NCBI RefSeq assembly: GCF_020745735.1
Contig: NC_083415.1
Coordinates: forward strand, 558,001-622,000
Length of the DNA: 64,000 nucleotides
Origin: Hemiscyllium ocellatum
Lineage: Eukaryota
Direction: 5' to 3'
Shown here: positions 62,207 through 64,000 of the stretch, piece after piece
How the letters are laid out: every line of letters starts with the position of its first letter
Position numbering within the stretch: position 1 is the first letter of the stretch
Made by a program: the position numbers and the translations under genes
Notes under the pieces: model-generated
Told to the model about the DNA's origin: nothing
Database searches by the model: none
Seen by the model: the letters and a program-made list of their open reading frames with translations, nothing else

Positions 62207-64000
62207 GGAATAATGTGCAGGTCACTTATTCAAAGATGCACGTCTAAGTGAGGGAGACAAACAAAGGGATTTCAGACAATTACATCAGTCACTAACAATT
62301 TCACCACATGTTCCAAAGGGCATAAAAATGCAAACAAAGTACTAAGTTTTATCTCTAAAGGGATAGATTTGAAAGTAGGGTCACTATAAAAATTTGGTTG
62401 ACTATAATTAAGAGTATTGTTTGCAGTTTGAGTTGACATATTATAGAATGTGTGAGACAGAGTGAAGAGATGATTTATGAGAATGCTCCACAAGTTTCTG
62501 GCTGTGTATATCAAGGAAGAATTGTTGTGCTGTTCACTTCTCTCTTGAAAAGAAGGCTGACAGTTCGAAAATTAAGAAAAGTTTTGAAAAGAGAAGGTAC
62601 AAAGAAAACATTTCACTGTGGGATAGAATATAACTCGAGGCTGTCAATATAAGACGGTACCTCAAGAAGTCCAAAAGGGAATTCAGAGGAAACCTCTTCA
62701 CTGAAAGAATGATGAGAATGGGGAATATGTGACCAGACGGAATAGTTGAAATCAATAGTTTAGATGTATTTCAAGGAAACTAGGCGAGCACTAGGAAGGG
62801 ATGGGAATAGAGAATTGCAACGGGCGATTTAGATGAGGAAAGATGTGAAACACCTTGAGTAGAACATAAGCACTGGCATGAACTGATTGTGCCAAATGGT
62901 CTGTTTTTCCTCTGTAATCCTACGTAGAAAATCACCATTGCATGAAACAAAAAGTGCATTATGAACATTTAGAAGAGTTATAAAGTTTCTCACAAAAAGT
63001 CTCAAGTATCCAGCATTGAATGTAAATGATTTTATCACATGGCCACACTTCGCGATTTGCTTGATAGCACTGAAACAGCAGTAATCACAGTACTCTTACT
63101 AGGAGTATGAGTAACCTATTGTCCTTGCACCAATTGGGGGATCTTAATGACTTATTAACGGCCTCAGTAGGAGCTGCCAACCTGGCCCTGGGAATGTTGT
63201 GAACACTCTAGCCCTCACGGCTTCTTTCACTCACTTACTCTGATTTCCAGTTCCCATAATGATCACCACCATGGACAGGGGACTGTTCCAGTGTGCAGAT
63301 GGGATACCCTGTTGTGATCCACAAGGTACTTCATTAGGAGGGACATCCTCCAGGTGTGTCACTAGGATGCAGGGGGAGGTCTCCCACACAATGGAGGACC
63401 TTACTGCTAATAAACTGCCAGCATTGGCGGGAACACACTCTACATTGACCACGTGAGTGGTCATCCTTTCCCGAATTTGGGATCAATAACGTACTAGGGA
63501 GGTGGAAACTCCTTCCTTCCCTTATCATCTTCCCCCCTATTATCCACCTAATGACCTTGCAGCCTGTCCCTAGAGGGCTGATAGAACCCAGTCCCATTCC
63601 AATATTCAAGAACATGAAGAGCTGGCAACCTGGTCAAAATTGACAAAGCTTAACACAAACAGTCTTGGCCTGACCGTCAAATTCTAAAGTGTAACTTGAG
63701 ATGAGTTCAATAAAAATGGCAGAAGTACAGAAACAACCACTTCCATCTGTCAGAAACACATTTCTATGAATGGGAACGGATGGTCCGCTATTTGGAATGG
63801 AGCAGTGCATTTGAAAAGTTAATGAGGAGCAGCAATGTTACGTGATGGGCGTGTGCACAGTCTGAAGCTGTTTGCTGATTCAGTTTTGCTAAAGGTTTGG
63901 CAGATACATTCCAATGAAAATCAATTAAATCTGCCAAAGTGGATATTAATACTCACATTTATGAGATGCTTTAACATAGAACATAGAAAAATACAACACA

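Overview
Cartilaginous-fish (shark-type) genomic DNA containing one complete immunoglobulin mu (IgM) heavy-chain cluster on the + strand: leader (30365), VH, D, J, CH1-CH4 with secretory tail, TM1 and TM2 (ending 57324). It lies in a dense background of CR1-type LINEs, V-SINE/HE1-like SINEs, Penelope-like elements (PLEs) and tandem repeats. Main observations: (1) The cluster appears pre-rearranged as VD-[22-RSS]...[12-RSS]-DJ, so only one RAG cut-and-join remains, and an in-frame TAA at the DJ coding end makes all minimally processed joins non-productive. (2) A 3.55-kb head-to-head Penelope palindrome with a 9-bp target-site duplication (TSD) lies in the CH4-TM1 intron, so it is transcribed only in membrane-form IgM pre-mRNA, and it carries a sense hammerhead ribozyme core. 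(3) Three different PLE families show the same fold-back insertion architecture: one arm about 35-40 nt short, private mutations shared by both arms, 9-16 bp TSDs and minimal hammerheads. All calls were made by eye; boundaries of old repeats are approximate and no database search was run.
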